Source of the DNA: Bacillota bacterium
GTDB lineage: Bacteria > Bacillota > Dethiobacteria > DTU022
Assembly (NCBI GenBank): GCA_040751775.1
Contig: JBFMGD010000003.1
Location: forward strand, 19,201-83,200
Length of the DNA: 64,000 nt
Direction of reading: 5' to 3'
The notes under the pieces are model-generated. The model made no database searches. It saw only the letters and a list, made by a program, of their open reading frames with translations, and was not told where the DNA came from. Made by a program: the position numbers and the translations under genes. Shown one piece after another: positions 20,661-31,997 of the stretch (positions are counted from its first letter, which is position 1; every line of letters starts with the position of its first letter).

Positions 20661-21803
20661 ATGGATTTCATTCTCACCGAAGAGCAGGAGATGACCCGGC
20701 AGATGGTGCGCGGCTTTGCCGAAAAAGAGGTAAAGCCCGGCGCCGAGGAGAGGGATGATCAGGAGAGGTTTTCCCGCGAGATATTTGATAAAATGGGCCG
20801 CCTCGGTATCACCGGCATACCCTGGCCGGAAGAGTACGGCGGCGGCGGCTGTGATTTCATCAGCTACGTAATCGCCGTGGAAGAACTTTCCCGGGTCGAC
20901 GCTTCGGCCGGCACCACGCTTTCGGCGCATATCTCCCTGGCCGGCTGGCCGATCTTCAAATACGGCAGCGAAGCGCAAAAGAAAAAATATCTTGAACCGA
21001 TGGCCCTCGGGGAAAAACTGGGCGCCTACGGTTTAACGGAAGCGACCGCCGGCACTGATGCGGCGGGTTTGCGAACCACGGCCGTGCTTGACGGAGACAG
21101 CTACGTGTTAAACGGCAACAAGATCTTTATCACCAACGCCGGCGAGGCGGAAATATACATCGTTTTCGCCGTAACCGACAAGGAGAAGAAGACTAGAGGA
21201 ATCAGCGCCTTTATCGTGGAGAAGGGCACCCCCGGCTTTGCCTTCGGGAAAAAAGAACGCAAGATGGGGCTGCGCTCTTCGCCGACTTTGGAGCTCATTT
21301 TTGACAACTGCCGCGTGCCGCGGGAGAACATACTCGGGCAGGAAGGCGATGGTTTTAAAATCGCCATGAGCACCTTGGACGGCGGGCGGAACGGGATTGC
21401 CGCCCAGGCGGTGGGGATCGCCCAGGGAGCGCTGGAAGAGGCGGCCGCGTACGCGCAAAGCCGCGAGCAGTTCGGGCAGCCGATCGCGAACTTTCAGGCG
21501 ATCTCGTTTATGCTGGCCGATATGGCCACCAAGGTGGAAGCGGCGCGCCTGCTGACCTACCAGGCCGCATTCCTGGAAAGCCGCGGCTTGCCCTACGGTA
21601 AAGCTTCGGCGATGGCGAAGCTGTTTGCCTCGGAAGCGGCGATGGAGATTACCACGAACGCGGTGCAGATATTCGGCGGCTACGGTTACACCCGCGACTA
21701 TCCCGTGGAGCGCTTTATGCGCGACGCCAAAATTACGCAGATCTATGAAGGGACCAGTGAAGTACAGCGCCTGGTTATTTCCCGTTACGTGTTAAAAGGG
21801 TAG
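20661..21803 (+). CDS. Short/branched-chain acyl-CoA dehydrogenase (butyryl-CoA dehydrogenase-like)
   Basis: [52 protein letters not shown]. Confidence 0.93.
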   Translation: MDFILTEEQEMTRQMVRGFAEKEVKPGAEERDDQERFSREIFDKMGRLGITGIPWPEEYGGGGCDFISYVIAVEELSRVDASAGTTLSAHISLAGWPIFKYGSEAQKKKYLEPMALGEKLGAYGLTEATAGTDAAGLRTTAVLDGDSYVLNGNKIFITNAGEAEIYIVFAVTDKEKKTRGISAFIVEKGTPGFAFGKKERKMGLRSSPTLELIFDNCRVPRENILGQEGDGFKIAMSTLDGGRNGIAAQAVGIAQGALEEAAAYAQSREQFGQPIANFQAISFMLADMATKVEAARLLTYQAAFLESRGLPYGKASAMAKLFASEAAMEITTNAVQIFGGYGYTRDYPVERFMRDAKITQIYEGTSEVQRLVISRYVLKG

Positions 21804-21925
21804 GCGGCCGGTTTATCCTTTTTATCAGGCGAAGCCGGTCCGGCACAGCGGCGGTTCCGGATGAACGGCAGCCGCCGCGGCAATTTGTCGGCCAACATTG
21901 CGGAAACGAAAGGAGACAGCGTGGT

Positions 21926-22453
21926 ATGGGCGATCAAAAACGGGGTCTGGTCATGGTTTATACCGGTGACGGCAAGGGTAAAACCACGGCGGCTGTCGGT
22001 CAGGCGCTGCGGGCGCTCGGGCACGGATACCGTATCTATATGATTCATTTTATGAAAGGGCGCGATTACGGCGAATTTCTCGTCTCGGCCTACCTGCCCA
22101 ACTGGACGGTGGTCCGGACGGGGCGGGATGAATTTGTCGACCGGGAAAACCCGGCCCAGGTTGATATCGAACTGGCCCGGGACGGTTTTGAGCGGGCCAA
22201 GAAGGCGATCTTCAGCGGTGATTACGACCTGGTCGTGCTGGATGAAATCAACGTGGCCGTGGACTACGGTTTGATTCCCGAAGCGGAACTGCTGGCGCTG
22301 CTGGCGGAAAAACCGGCGCCGATAAGCTTAATCCTGACCGGACGCGGCGCTTCACCGGAACTGGTAAAACGGGCAGACATGGTCAGCGAGGTGCTGGCAA
22401 TTAAACATCATTATGACAGCGGCGTGCCGGACCGCAAGGGAATAGAGTATTAA
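21926..22453 (+). CDS. cobO: Cob(I)alamin adenosyltransferase (CobO/BtuR type)
   Basis: VYTGDGKGKTTAA, VVLDEINVA, LILTGR, terminal GIEY. Confidence 0.92.
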   Translation: MGDQKRGLVMVYTGDGKGKTTAAVGQALRALGHGYRIYMIHFMKGRDYGEFLVSAYLPNWTVVRTGRDEFVDRENPAQVDIELARDGFERAKKAIFSGDYDLVVLDEINVAVDYGLIPEAELLALLAEKPAPISLILTGRGASPELVKRADMVSEVLAIKHHYDSGVPDRKGIEY

Positions 22454-22519
22454 GGGAGAGAATGCAGGATTCAGAATTTGGCATAACAAAAGACGGTGCA
22501 TGGCCATAATTTTGACTTA

Positions 22520-22555
22520 GTTCCAATGGGCACGGCATGCCGTGCCCATTGGAAC
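22520..22555. repeat. Perfect 36-bp palindrome with GGGCACGGCATGCCGTGCCC core (REP-like)
   Basis: GTTCCAATGGGCACGGCATGCCGTGCCCATTGGAAC equals its own reverse complement; intergenic between cobO and meaB. Confidence 0.85.
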
Positions 22556-22576
22556 AGATAGCAATGAGGTGTTTAT

Positions 22577-23530
22577 ATGCAGCAGTTGGTCGAAGAGTTG
22601 CTTGGCGGCAGCAGGCGCGCCCTGGCCCGCTTGATTTCGATCGTGGAAAACAGCGACCCGCGGAAGTATGCGATCCTGAAGGAGCTCTACCCCCATACCG
22701 GCAGGGCTTACGTGCTCGGCGTGACCGGGGCCCCCGGTTCAGGGAAGAGTTCCCTGGTAGACCGGCTGCTGCAGCTTGCCCGGCGGGACGGCTTGACGGC
22801 GGGCGTGATCGCCGTCGATCCGACCAGCCCCTTCTCCGGCGGCGCGATCCTCGGTGACCGGATCAGAATGCAGGATCACGCGCTTGATCCGGGCGTGTTC
22901 ATCCGCAGCATGGGCACCCGGGGCAGCCTGGGAGGCCTCTCCCGGGCTGCCGGGGAGGCTGTCCAGGTCCTGGATGCTTTCGGCAAAGATCTAATCCTGG
23001 TGGAGACCGTGGGGGTCGGACAATCGGAGATCGATATCGTGAAAACCGCCGATACGACGGTCGTGGTTTTGACTCCCGCCGGGGGTGACAGTGTCCAGAC
23101 CCTGAAGGCCGGGATCATGGAGATCGCCGATATTTTCGTGATTAATAAAGCCGACCTGCCCGGCGCGGAACGAACCGCAGCTGAGGTAAACGGTATGCTC
23201 GAGATGAAGGGTGGCTACGCCTGGCGCCCGCCGGTCGTAGCCACGGTCTCGACGCGTGATCAAGGGATCGAGGCGCTCTGGCAGGTGCTTGCGGATCACC
23301 GCTCTTACCTGGAGGAAAGCGGGCGGCTGCAGGCGGTGCGCAGAGAACGGGTGCGGCGGGAGCTGACCGAACAGGTGGAGCACCTGGTGAAAAGCGGTGT
23401 CTGGGATCGAATCAAGACGCTGGCCGCCCTGGAAAATTTACTGGAAGATATCGCCCGGCGCCGGGCTGATCCGTACAGCACGGCCCGCAAGCTGCTTGAA
23501 AAGATCAATTTCCCTCTTGCTGAAGAGTGA
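22577..23530 (+). CDS. meaB: MeaB/ArgK-family GTPase chaperone of B12 mutase
   Basis: GAPGSGKSS, AVDPTSPFSGGAILGDRIRM, ETVGVGQSE, NKAD. Confidence 0.95.
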   Translation: MQQLVEELLGGSRRALARLISIVENSDPRKYAILKELYPHTGRAYVLGVTGAPGSGKSSLVDRLLQLARRDGLTAGVIAVDPTSPFSGGAILGDRIRMQDHALDPGVFIRSMGTRGSLGGLSRAAGEAVQVLDAFGKDLILVETVGVGQSEIDIVKTADTTVVVLTPAGGDSVQTLKAGIMEIADIFVINKADLPGAERTAAEVNGMLEMKGGYAWRPPVVATVSTRDQGIEALWQVLADHRSYLEESGRLQAVRRERVRRELTEQVEHLVKSGVWDRIKTLAALENLLEDIARRRADPYSTARKLLEKINFPLAEE

Positions 23531-23544
23531 AGGAGATGTGAGCG

Positions 23545-25209
23545 ATGGGAGAAGAGGACTTTACACTTAAGATCAGGGAAGAGCAACAACTGTGGCGGGA
23601 ACAGCAGGAGCAACAGCAAGAGCGCCCGGAACCTTTTACCACGGTTTCCGGCGAGCCGGTGAACGATCTTTATACACCGGCGGACATTGCCGGGTTGGAT
23701 TACCTGAAAGATCTGGGGTTCCCCGGCTGCTATCCCTATACCCGGGGGGTGCAAAGCAACATGTACCGGGGCCGGCTCTGGACCATGCGCCAGTTTTCCG
23801 GCTTCGGAGACGCTTTTGACTCCAACCGGCGCTACCGCTACCTGCTGGAGCAGGGCCAAACTGGTTTAAGTGTGGCCTTCGATATGCCCACAATCATGGG
23901 CTACGACTCCGATCACCCCCGCGCACTGGGTGAGGTGGGCCGCTGCGGGGTGGCGATCGATTCCCTGGCTGATATGGAGATACTTTTTGACCGGATTCCA
24001 CTCGACCAGATTACCACATCGATGACCATAAACGGGCCTGCCGCCATCCTCTGGTGCATCTACCTCGCGAATGCGGAAAAACAGGGTGTACCATTGGAAA
24101 AAGTGGGCGGCACCATCCAGAACGACATCTTGAAGGAATATATCGCCCAGAAATCGTGGATTTTCCCGCCGGAGCCTTCGATGCGCCTGATTACCGATAT
24201 CTTTGCGTTTGCCGCGCGCCGTGTCCCCCGCTGGAATACCGTCAGCATCAGCGGTTACCACATCCGGGAAGCGGGCTCCACTGCGGTGCAGGAGCTGGCC
24301 TTCACCCTGGCGGACGGGTTCGCTTACGTGGAAGCGGGGATCAAAGCCGGCCTGGATGTGGATACTTTCGCGCCGCGGCTCTCTTTTTTCTTTAACGCTC
24401 ATCTTGATTTCTTTGAAGAGATCTGTAAATACCGCGCGGCCCGGCGCATCTGGGCGCGCCGCATGAAAGAGCGTTACGGGGCCAGGGATCCCCGTTCGTG
24501 GATGCTGCGCTTCCACACCCAGACCGCGGGCTGCAGCCTTACCGCCCAGGAACCGGAAAACAATATCGTCCGGACAACGCTCGAAGCGCTGGCGGCGGTG
24601 ATGGGCGGGACCCAGTCGCTGCACACCAATTCCATGGACGAAGTGCTGGCCCTGCCTACCGAAAAAGCCGTGAAGATCGCCCTGCGCACACAGCAGATTA
24701 TCGCCTATGAAAGCGGCGTGGCCAACACGATCGATCCCCTGGCCGGCTCCTACTTCGTGGAAGCGTTGACCGGCCGGATGGAAGCGGCGGCTGAAGACTA
24801 TTTCCGCCGCATCGAAGAGCTCGGCGGAGTGCTCGCCGCCATTGACTGCGGCTTTTTTCAGCAGGAGATCGCCGATGCCGCCTACAGCTACCAGCAAGCC
24901 GTCGATCGCGGCGAACGGGTCGTGGTGGGGATGAACCGTTTTGCCGGCGGGGAGCTGCCGCAAATCGAACTGCTGAGAATCGATCCGGCGGTGGAGCGAA
25001 AACAGGTCGAGCGGCTGCAAGCGCTGCGTGAAAAGCGTGACGCAATCGCGGTGGCGGGCAGCCTCGAGCGGTTAAAGAAAGCGGCGGCCGGTCCGGAAAA
25101 CCTGGTTCCTTATATCCTGGAAGCGGTGAAACTCTACGCCACCGAAGGGGAAATCGTGGCGGCGCTGAAAGAAGTCTTCGGGGAATACCGGGAGAAGCCG
25201 CTTTTTTAA
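23545..25209 (+). CDS. icmA: Acyl-CoA mutase large subunit, isobutyryl-CoA mutase type (IcmA-like)
   Basis: [10 protein letters not shown] (Phe, where MCM has Tyr) and [13 protein letters not shown] (Gln, where MCM has Arg); [15 protein letters not shown]; no fused B12 domain. Confidence 0.82.
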   Translation: MGEEDFTLKIREEQQLWREQQEQQQERPEPFTTVSGEPVNDLYTPADIAGLDYLKDLGFPGCYPYTRGVQSNMYRGRLWTMRQFSGFGDAFDSNRRYRYLLEQGQTGLSVAFDMPTIMGYDSDHPRALGEVGRCGVAIDSLADMEILFDRIPLDQITTSMTINGPAAILWCIYLANAEKQGVPLEKVGGTIQNDILKEYIAQKSWIFPPEPSMRLITDIFAFAARRVPRWNTVSISGYHIREAGSTAVQELAFTLADGFAYVEAGIKAGLDVDTFAPRLSFFFNAHLDFFEEICKYRAARRIWARRMKERYGARDPRSWMLRFHTQTAGCSLTAQEPENNIVRTTLEALAAVMGGTQSLHTNSMDEVLALPTEKAVKIALRTQQIIAYESGVANTIDPLAGSYFVEALTGRMEAAAEDYFRRIEELGGVLAAIDCGFFQQEIADAAYSYQQAVDRGERVVVGMNRFAGGELPQIELLRIDPAVERKQVERLQALREKRDAIAVAGSLERLKKAAAGPENLVPYILEAVKLYATEGEIVAALKEVFGEYREKPLF

Positions 25210-25210
25210 G

Positions 25211-25245
25211 AAGTGAGAAGTGGGAAGTGAGATGTGGAAAGTGGG
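25211..25245 (+). repeat. Five tandem imperfect heptamers (consensus AAGTGRG)
   Basis: AAGTGAG-AAGTGGG-AAGTGAG-ATGTGGA-AAGTGGG between icmA stop and icmB RBS. Confidence 0.75.
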
Positions 25246-25266
25246 AAAAGTAAGGAGGTTTTTTCG

Positions 25267-25674
25267 GTGGAGCGGAAAATTAGGGTACTGGTGGCGAAGC
25301 CGGGCCTGGACGGGCATGACCGCGGGGCCAAGGTAGTGGCGCGGGCATTGCGGGATGCGGGGATGGAGGTAATTTACACCGGACTGCACCAGACGCCCGA
25401 GCAGGTAGCCGAAGCGGCGCTGCAGGAAGATGTGCATGTCGTCGGTTTGAGCATACTATCCGGCGCGCACATGACCCTGGTGCCCAGAATCAGAGCACTG
25501 CTCGATGAAAGGCAGCTGCGCGATGTCCTGCTGCTGGTCGGCGGCATCATCCCCGCGGATGAAGCCGCAGAACTTAAGAGCAAGGGCTACGCGGCCGGAG
25601 TGTTTACGCCGGGGGAGCCGCTCGATGCCATTATTAATTTCATTCGCGCGCAAGCAAGTCCAGCCGAAGTATAA
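25267..25674 (+). CDS. icmB: Cobalamin-binding small subunit of the mutase (IcmB-like)
   Basis: [14 protein letters not shown] (DxHxxG), [15 protein letters not shown]; GTG 25267 after AAGGAGG. Confidence 0.88.
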   Translation: MERKIRVLVAKPGLDGHDRGAKVVARALRDAGMEVIYTGLHQTPEQVAEAALQEDVHVVGLSILSGAHMTLVPRIRALLDERQLRDVLLLVGGIIPADEAAELKSKGYAAGVFTPGEPLDAIINFIRAQASPAEV

Positions 25675-25704
25675 AGCGGCGCCGGAAACCCGGGCGAATG
25701 GCGG

Positions 25705-26751
25705 TTACTGCCCTACCGCGGTGCCGGCCCGCCTGTTCCGCCGAACTGCTTTGCGGCGATCGTTTTGGAAAGTTTTTTGGTAATATTGTTTTTGCCAGGC
25801 CAGGCTGTCGGTTATCGTTTCAATCAAGGGCCGGGCCTGGTAGCCCAGTTCCCGCGCGGCTTTGGCGCAGCTAAAGTTGGTATTGTCGATTACGGTCTGC
25901 AGGGAGTAGCAGGTAAACTGCGGCGTTGTTTTGCAGATCCGGTAGAGCTGTTCAGTAAAGCGGGAGACAAAAAGGGCGGTTTTAAAGGGCAGCATAACCA
26001 GGCGGGAGCGGATGCCTGCCGCTTCCTGGGTGAGCCGGCGCAGTTGCTGCAGGGTAACGCAGTTTCCCGATAAAATGTATGCTTCTCCGGTACGCCCTTT
26101 TTCCGCCGCCCGGATTAAACCGCGGGCAACATCGCGCACATCGACGAAATCGAAGGCGCCGTTTACCAGAAAATGCAGTTTCCGCGTCGCGAAACTCTTC
26201 AGCAACTGCCCCATTTCCGATTCCAGGTAGTCGTGGGGACCGATAATACCGGTGGGGCAGACTACGACAGCATCAAGACCTTTTTCGGCCAACTCCAGAA
26301 CCGCCAGCGCCCCTTCAGCCTTACTGCGGTCATACGCCCCCGCCGGGCTGTCGGGAGCGAGGGGAGTGTTTTCATCGATGAGCACACCGTGCGGTTCGCG
26401 CCGGTAGGCGTGAATGGAAGCGGTGTGGACCAGGCGCCGGACGCCTGCCTGCAGCGCCGTTTCGGCAACATTGCGCGCTCCGTCCACGTTTACCCGGTAC
26501 ATGGTCTCGTGCGAACCGGGCATGATGGAGATTATTCCGGCCAGGTGGTAGACCGTCTCGATGCCTGCCATCGCTTTTTCAAGAACAGCACGGTCAAGGA
26601 TATTGCCCACGATTACTTCCACCAGCAGTCCGTGCAGCGACTGGAGCGATTCTCCCGGCAGAACCATGGCCCTGACCCGTTCACCCCTTTCCAGAAGTTC
26701 CCGCACCAGGACATTTCCCAAGTGGCCCGTGGCGCCTGTAACCAGTATCAT
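25705..26751 (-). CDS. Extended SDR, NAD-dependent epimerase/dehydratase (dihydroflavonol reductase/HpnA-like)
   Basis: MILVTGATGHLG, YHLAG, YDRSK catalytic YxxxK, VVCPTGIIGP. Confidence 0.88.
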   Translation of the reverse strand: MILVTGATGHLGNVLVRELLERGERVRAMVLPGESLQSLHGLLVEVIVGNILDRAVLEKAMAGIETVYHLAGIISIMPGSHETMYRVNVDGARNVAETALQAGVRRLVHTASIHAYRREPHGVLIDENTPLAPDSPAGAYDRSKAEGALAVLELAEKGLDAVVVCPTGIIGPHDYLESEMGQLLKSFATRKLHFLVNGAFDFVDVRDVARGLIRAAEKGRTGEAYILSGNCVTLQQLRRLTQEAAGIRSRLVMLPFKTALFVSRFTEQLYRICKTTPQFTCYSLQTVIDNTNFSCAKAARELGYQARPLIETITDSLAWQKQYYQKTFQNDRRKAVRRNRRAGTAVGQ

Positions 26752-26755
26752 CAGT

Positions 26756-27355
26756 TTATTCCCTCCGTGTCAGCCCATCCAGCAGAATCCGGATACTATC
26801 CTGCAGCACCTTGCCCCAGTCGGCTCCCAAGGGATCCAGGATGGCCTGCAGAAAGAGCCCGCTGGATAGCGATAAGATAACCTGCGCTCCGGAAACGGGG
26901 TCGATCGGTTTCAGGGTGCCTTCCGCGATCCCCTGCCTGATCAAGTTTTCCAGGATCCGCTGGTATTTTTGGTAGGGCGCCAGGGTGGCCCGGCGCACCT
27001 GTTCATTGCGGCTGGCTTGGGTCCAGAGTTCCATAAAAATGGAGATCTGGGTATTGTTCGATTGGAGAACCACCTGCATCATTCCCGCCATCCGCAGGAG
27101 GCTTTCCGGGACTGTCGATGCTTCAGCGGCGACCTTCATCAAGGAATATTCCAGATTGCTCAACCAGGTTTCGAGCAGTTCCAAAAAGACAGTTTCTTTG
27201 CTCTCGAAGTGATAATAAAAGGCCCCTTTACTCACTCCAGCGCGCCGGCAGATCTCCGCCACCCCGGTTCTGTCATAACCGTCCGCGATGAATCCACTGG
27301 TGGCTGCATTAAGGATACTGGCCCGTGTTTCGGTGCGCCGTTGTTCGTTTCTCAT
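26756..27355 (-). CDS. TetR/AcrR-family regulator
   Basis: N-terminal HTH GYDRTGVAEICRRAGVSKGAFYYHFESKE; co-oriented with the SDR gene 4 bp downstream. Confidence 0.93.
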   Translation of the reverse strand: MRNEQRRTETRASILNAATSGFIADGYDRTGVAEICRRAGVSKGAFYYHFESKETVFLELLETWLSNLEYSLMKVAAEASTVPESLLRMAGMMQVVLQSNNTQISIFMELWTQASRNEQVRRATLAPYQKYQRILENLIRQGIAEGTLKPIDPVSGAQVILSLSSGLFLQAILDPLGADWGKVLQDSIRILLDGLTRRE

Positions 27356-27369
27356 CCGTATCTCCTAAA

Positions 27370-27383
27370 ACCGACCGGTCGTT
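27370..27383. promoter_or_regulatory. Putative TetR operator
   Basis: Perfect CGACCGGTCG (27372-27381) between the -10 box and RBS of tetR. Confidence 0.65.
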
Positions 27384-27397
27384 ATGTTTATACAGGC

Positions 27398-27426
27398 ATT
27401 ATATAATATGCGCAGTCCGGTGTAAA
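27398..27426 (-). promoter_or_regulatory. Sigma-A promoter of the tetR-SDR operon
   Basis: Minus strand TTTACA, 17 bp, TATAAT. Confidence 0.72.
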
Positions 27427-27587
27427 TAACCTACCCTGGGAAAATTAAAATTGCCCTGCTATCATATGATTCAGCCGATGTAGTGTTACCACGCCGACAG
27501 CAGGCGTATATCAGAAAAACTCCCGGCATGAATGTAACCTATACCGGGCATATGCCATATTATATATCACCGATGGGAGGGAGCAAT

Positions 27588-27821
27588 TTGGATGACCAGA
27601 ATCTGGATATGGATTCTTTAAGAACGTTATTGACAAATGTGTTAAAACAGATGGATCAGTCATCCCTGGAGGAGATCATCACCCTGCTCGACCAGGGTCA
27701 CCTGCAAGACCTGGTCCTTGAGGCTATCGGTGTGGCGAAACAGCGGTTGAGTACGCAAGAGCAGGAACGTTTTGCCGCTGTTATGCAGTATGTGTTCGAT
27801 TCCACGCGTACCGAAACTTGA
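27588..27821 (+). CDS. Small hypothetical helical protein (77 aa)
   Basis: TTG start after GGGAGGGAG; acidic amphipathic sequence; family not recognised. Confidence 0.6.
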   Translation: MDDQNLDMDSLRTLLTNVLKQMDQSSLEEIITLLDQGHLQDLVLEAIGVAKQRLSTQEQERFAAVMQYVFDSTRTET

Positions 27822-28078
27822 TTTTCCTTTATAGGGGTATGCTTTTTTAGTTATCCGCCGGCGTGCCCCGGTATTCAATATGCCGGCTTCGGATACAATC
27901 GAGCCGCCGCCAGTGAGTAAGCGGAGTGGGCGGCGTTATTCGTCCCGGTGACAACGTTGTCAGTGGAACCGTCCCAGCGACAATGAAAATTGATCCGGAT
28001 CGGGTGCTTTTATTGGCAGGAAACGCTGCCTTTTGCGGCGAATGTAAATATATTACTGCAGCTTCCTCTTATGAATAA

Positions 28079-30208
<2,130 letters not shown>

Positions 30209-30238
30209 CGTTGCCCAAACCGTGCAGCTATTATTTTT

Positions 30239-30253
30239 AATATTCTGAAAAGT
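30239..30253. promoter_or_regulatory. Putative CodY box upstream of the BkdR-like gene
   Basis: AATATTCTGAAAAGT matches 13 of 15 positions of AATTTTCWGAAAATT. Confidence 0.55.
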
Positions 30254-30314
30254 GGCTCGTGTATGCTGAATTGGGCAGCGGCGGTATGTTCAATTAAGGG
30301 GGAGGGGTAGAGCG

Positions 30315-31970
30315 GTGCTTTCTGATCTGCGTTTGGCAAAGCCCTGGTGCGATATCCTAGACGCCCTGGATGAAGCGATTATTCTGCTCGATCAAGATCT
30401 GCGGGTCGTGCTCTGCAACGCCAAGGCCGGCCGGCTCTGCGGCTCCGATCCCGAGCGGTTCCTGCAAACAATGCTGGAACCGAAACTGGGCAAAGAGGGC
30501 GCGGCGCCGCCCGATCTGGAACTGGCGGGCAAACTGTTTTCAGTGCAAACAATCGAAACCGCGGAGCGCGCCTGGATCTTGCTGCGTGAAAAACGCTCCG
30601 GCTTGCCGGCGGGCGAGGCAGGCCGCCTCCTGCTGCAGGCGATTATCGATTCGCTTTCCGACGCTGTCTCGGTGGTGGACGAAAACGGGATGGGCCTGAT
30701 GTTCAATCGCGCCTATACCCAGCTGACCGGGTTGAACGAAGACCAGGTGCTGCAGCAGCCGGCAACAGTAGATATCGCCGAGGGGGAAAGCGTCCATTTT
30801 AAAGTTTTAAAGACCGGGAAGCCGGTGAAAGGGGTGCGCATGAAGGTTGGCCCGTACAAACGCGATGTCGTGGTCAGCTGCGCTCCGCTGGTGATCAACG
30901 GCCAACTGAAGGGCAGCGTCGGGGTGATCCACGATATCTCCGAGATCAGGCGTTTGCTGGAGGAGTTGGCGCGGACAAGACACCTGGTGCGCCGCCTTGA
31001 ATCCCGCTACACTTTTGAAGATATCGTCGGGCAGAGCTGCCGGTTGCGAGAGACGGTGGAGCGTGCCCGCCAGGCGGCGGGAACCCCGGTCAGCGTACTG
31101 CTCAGAGGAGAGTGCGGCACCGGCAAAGAGTTGGTCGCCCACGCCATCCACCACACCAGCGAGCGGGCCGAACAGCCATTTATCCGGGTCAATTGCGCTT
31201 CGCTTACCGATACCCTCCTGGAAAGCGAGCTCTTCGGTTACGCCGACGGCGCTTTTACCGGTGCGAAGAAGGGCGGGCGCAAGGGCTATTTTGAGGAAGC
31301 GCACCGGGGCACCTTGTTTCTGGATGAAATCGGCGCGATGAATCAGGAAGCGCAGGCCAGGCTGCTGCGCGTTTTGCAGGAAGGGGAAATTATGCGCGTC
31401 GGCGAATCCAGGTCCCGGGCGATTGACGTGCGGATTATCGCCGCCACCAACGCCGATTTGGAAGAGATGGTTCAGGGCGGCCGTTTCCGCAAGGACCTCT
31501 ATTACCGCCTGAACGTATTTCCGATTACCCTGCCCCCGTTAAGGGAAATTAGAGAAGATATCCCCCTTTTGGCCGATTACTTTGTCAAAAGATACGGCCA
31601 GGAATACGGGCGCCTGGCGGTGGACATTTCACCGGCTGCGTACCGGCGCCTGCAGGAATATGCCTGGCCGGGCAATATGCGCGAGCTGCAGAACGTGATC
31701 GCCCGGGCCTTGATCAACCTGGGCCGGGATGAGGTGATCATCGGCGAAGAGCACCTCACGATTCCCTTCGCCACTCGCGGCGGGGAAATAGAAAGCGCGG
31801 CAGAGTCCTACCGGGGAGGCGCCCTGGCCGAACTGCAGCAGGCCTGGGAAAAAGAGTTGATTCAGAATGTTTTGCAGCAGACAGGCGGCAATAAAACCGA
31901 GGCCGCCCAGCGTCTGAAAATCTCCATCCGCACGCTCTACAACAAGATCGAGCGCCATCAGCTGCAATGA
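30315..31970 (+). CDS. bkdR: PAS-domain sigma-54 enhancer-binding protein, BkdR-like
   Basis: GECGTGKE, ESELFGY..GAFTGA, FLDEIG, DLYYRLNV, WPGNMRELQN, Fis-type HTH; PAS segment ATVDIAEGESVHFKVLKTGKPVKGVRMKVGP resembles Bacillus BkdR as I recall it. Confidence 0.75.
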   Translation: MLSDLRLAKPWCDILDALDEAIILLDQDLRVVLCNAKAGRLCGSDPERFLQTMLEPKLGKEGAAPPDLELAGKLFSVQTIETAERAWILLREKRSGLPAGEAGRLLLQAIIDSLSDAVSVVDENGMGLMFNRAYTQLTGLNEDQVLQQPATVDIAEGESVHFKVLKTGKPVKGVRMKVGPYKRDVVVSCAPLVINGQLKGSVGVIHDISEIRRLLEELARTRHLVRRLESRYTFEDIVGQSCRLRETVERARQAAGTPVSVLLRGECGTGKELVAHAIHHTSERAEQPFIRVNCASLTDTLLESELFGYADGAFTGAKKGGRKGYFEEAHRGTLFLDEIGAMNQEAQARLLRVLQEGEIMRVGESRSRAIDVRIIAATNADLEEMVQGGRFRKDLYYRLNVFPITLPPLREIREDIPLLADYFVKRYGQEYGRLAVDISPAAYRRLQEYAWPGNMRELQNVIARALINLGRDEVIIGEEHLTIPFATRGGEIESAAESYRGGALAELQQAWEKELIQNVLQQTGGNKTEAAQRLKISIRTLYNKIERHQLQ

Positions 31971-31997
31971 GACAGTAACAACAATCCATCTCCGCAA

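Noticed and set aside
22479-22516. Sigma-54 promoters before meaB
   Set aside because: Both TGGC candidates have GA instead of the invariant GC at -12
23545-25209. Methylmalonyl-CoA mutase annotation
   Set aside because: Has Phe and Gln at the positions where MCM has Tyr and Arg
27965-27975. GGAACCGTCCC as another REP copy
   Set aside because: No complementary GGGAC arm nearby
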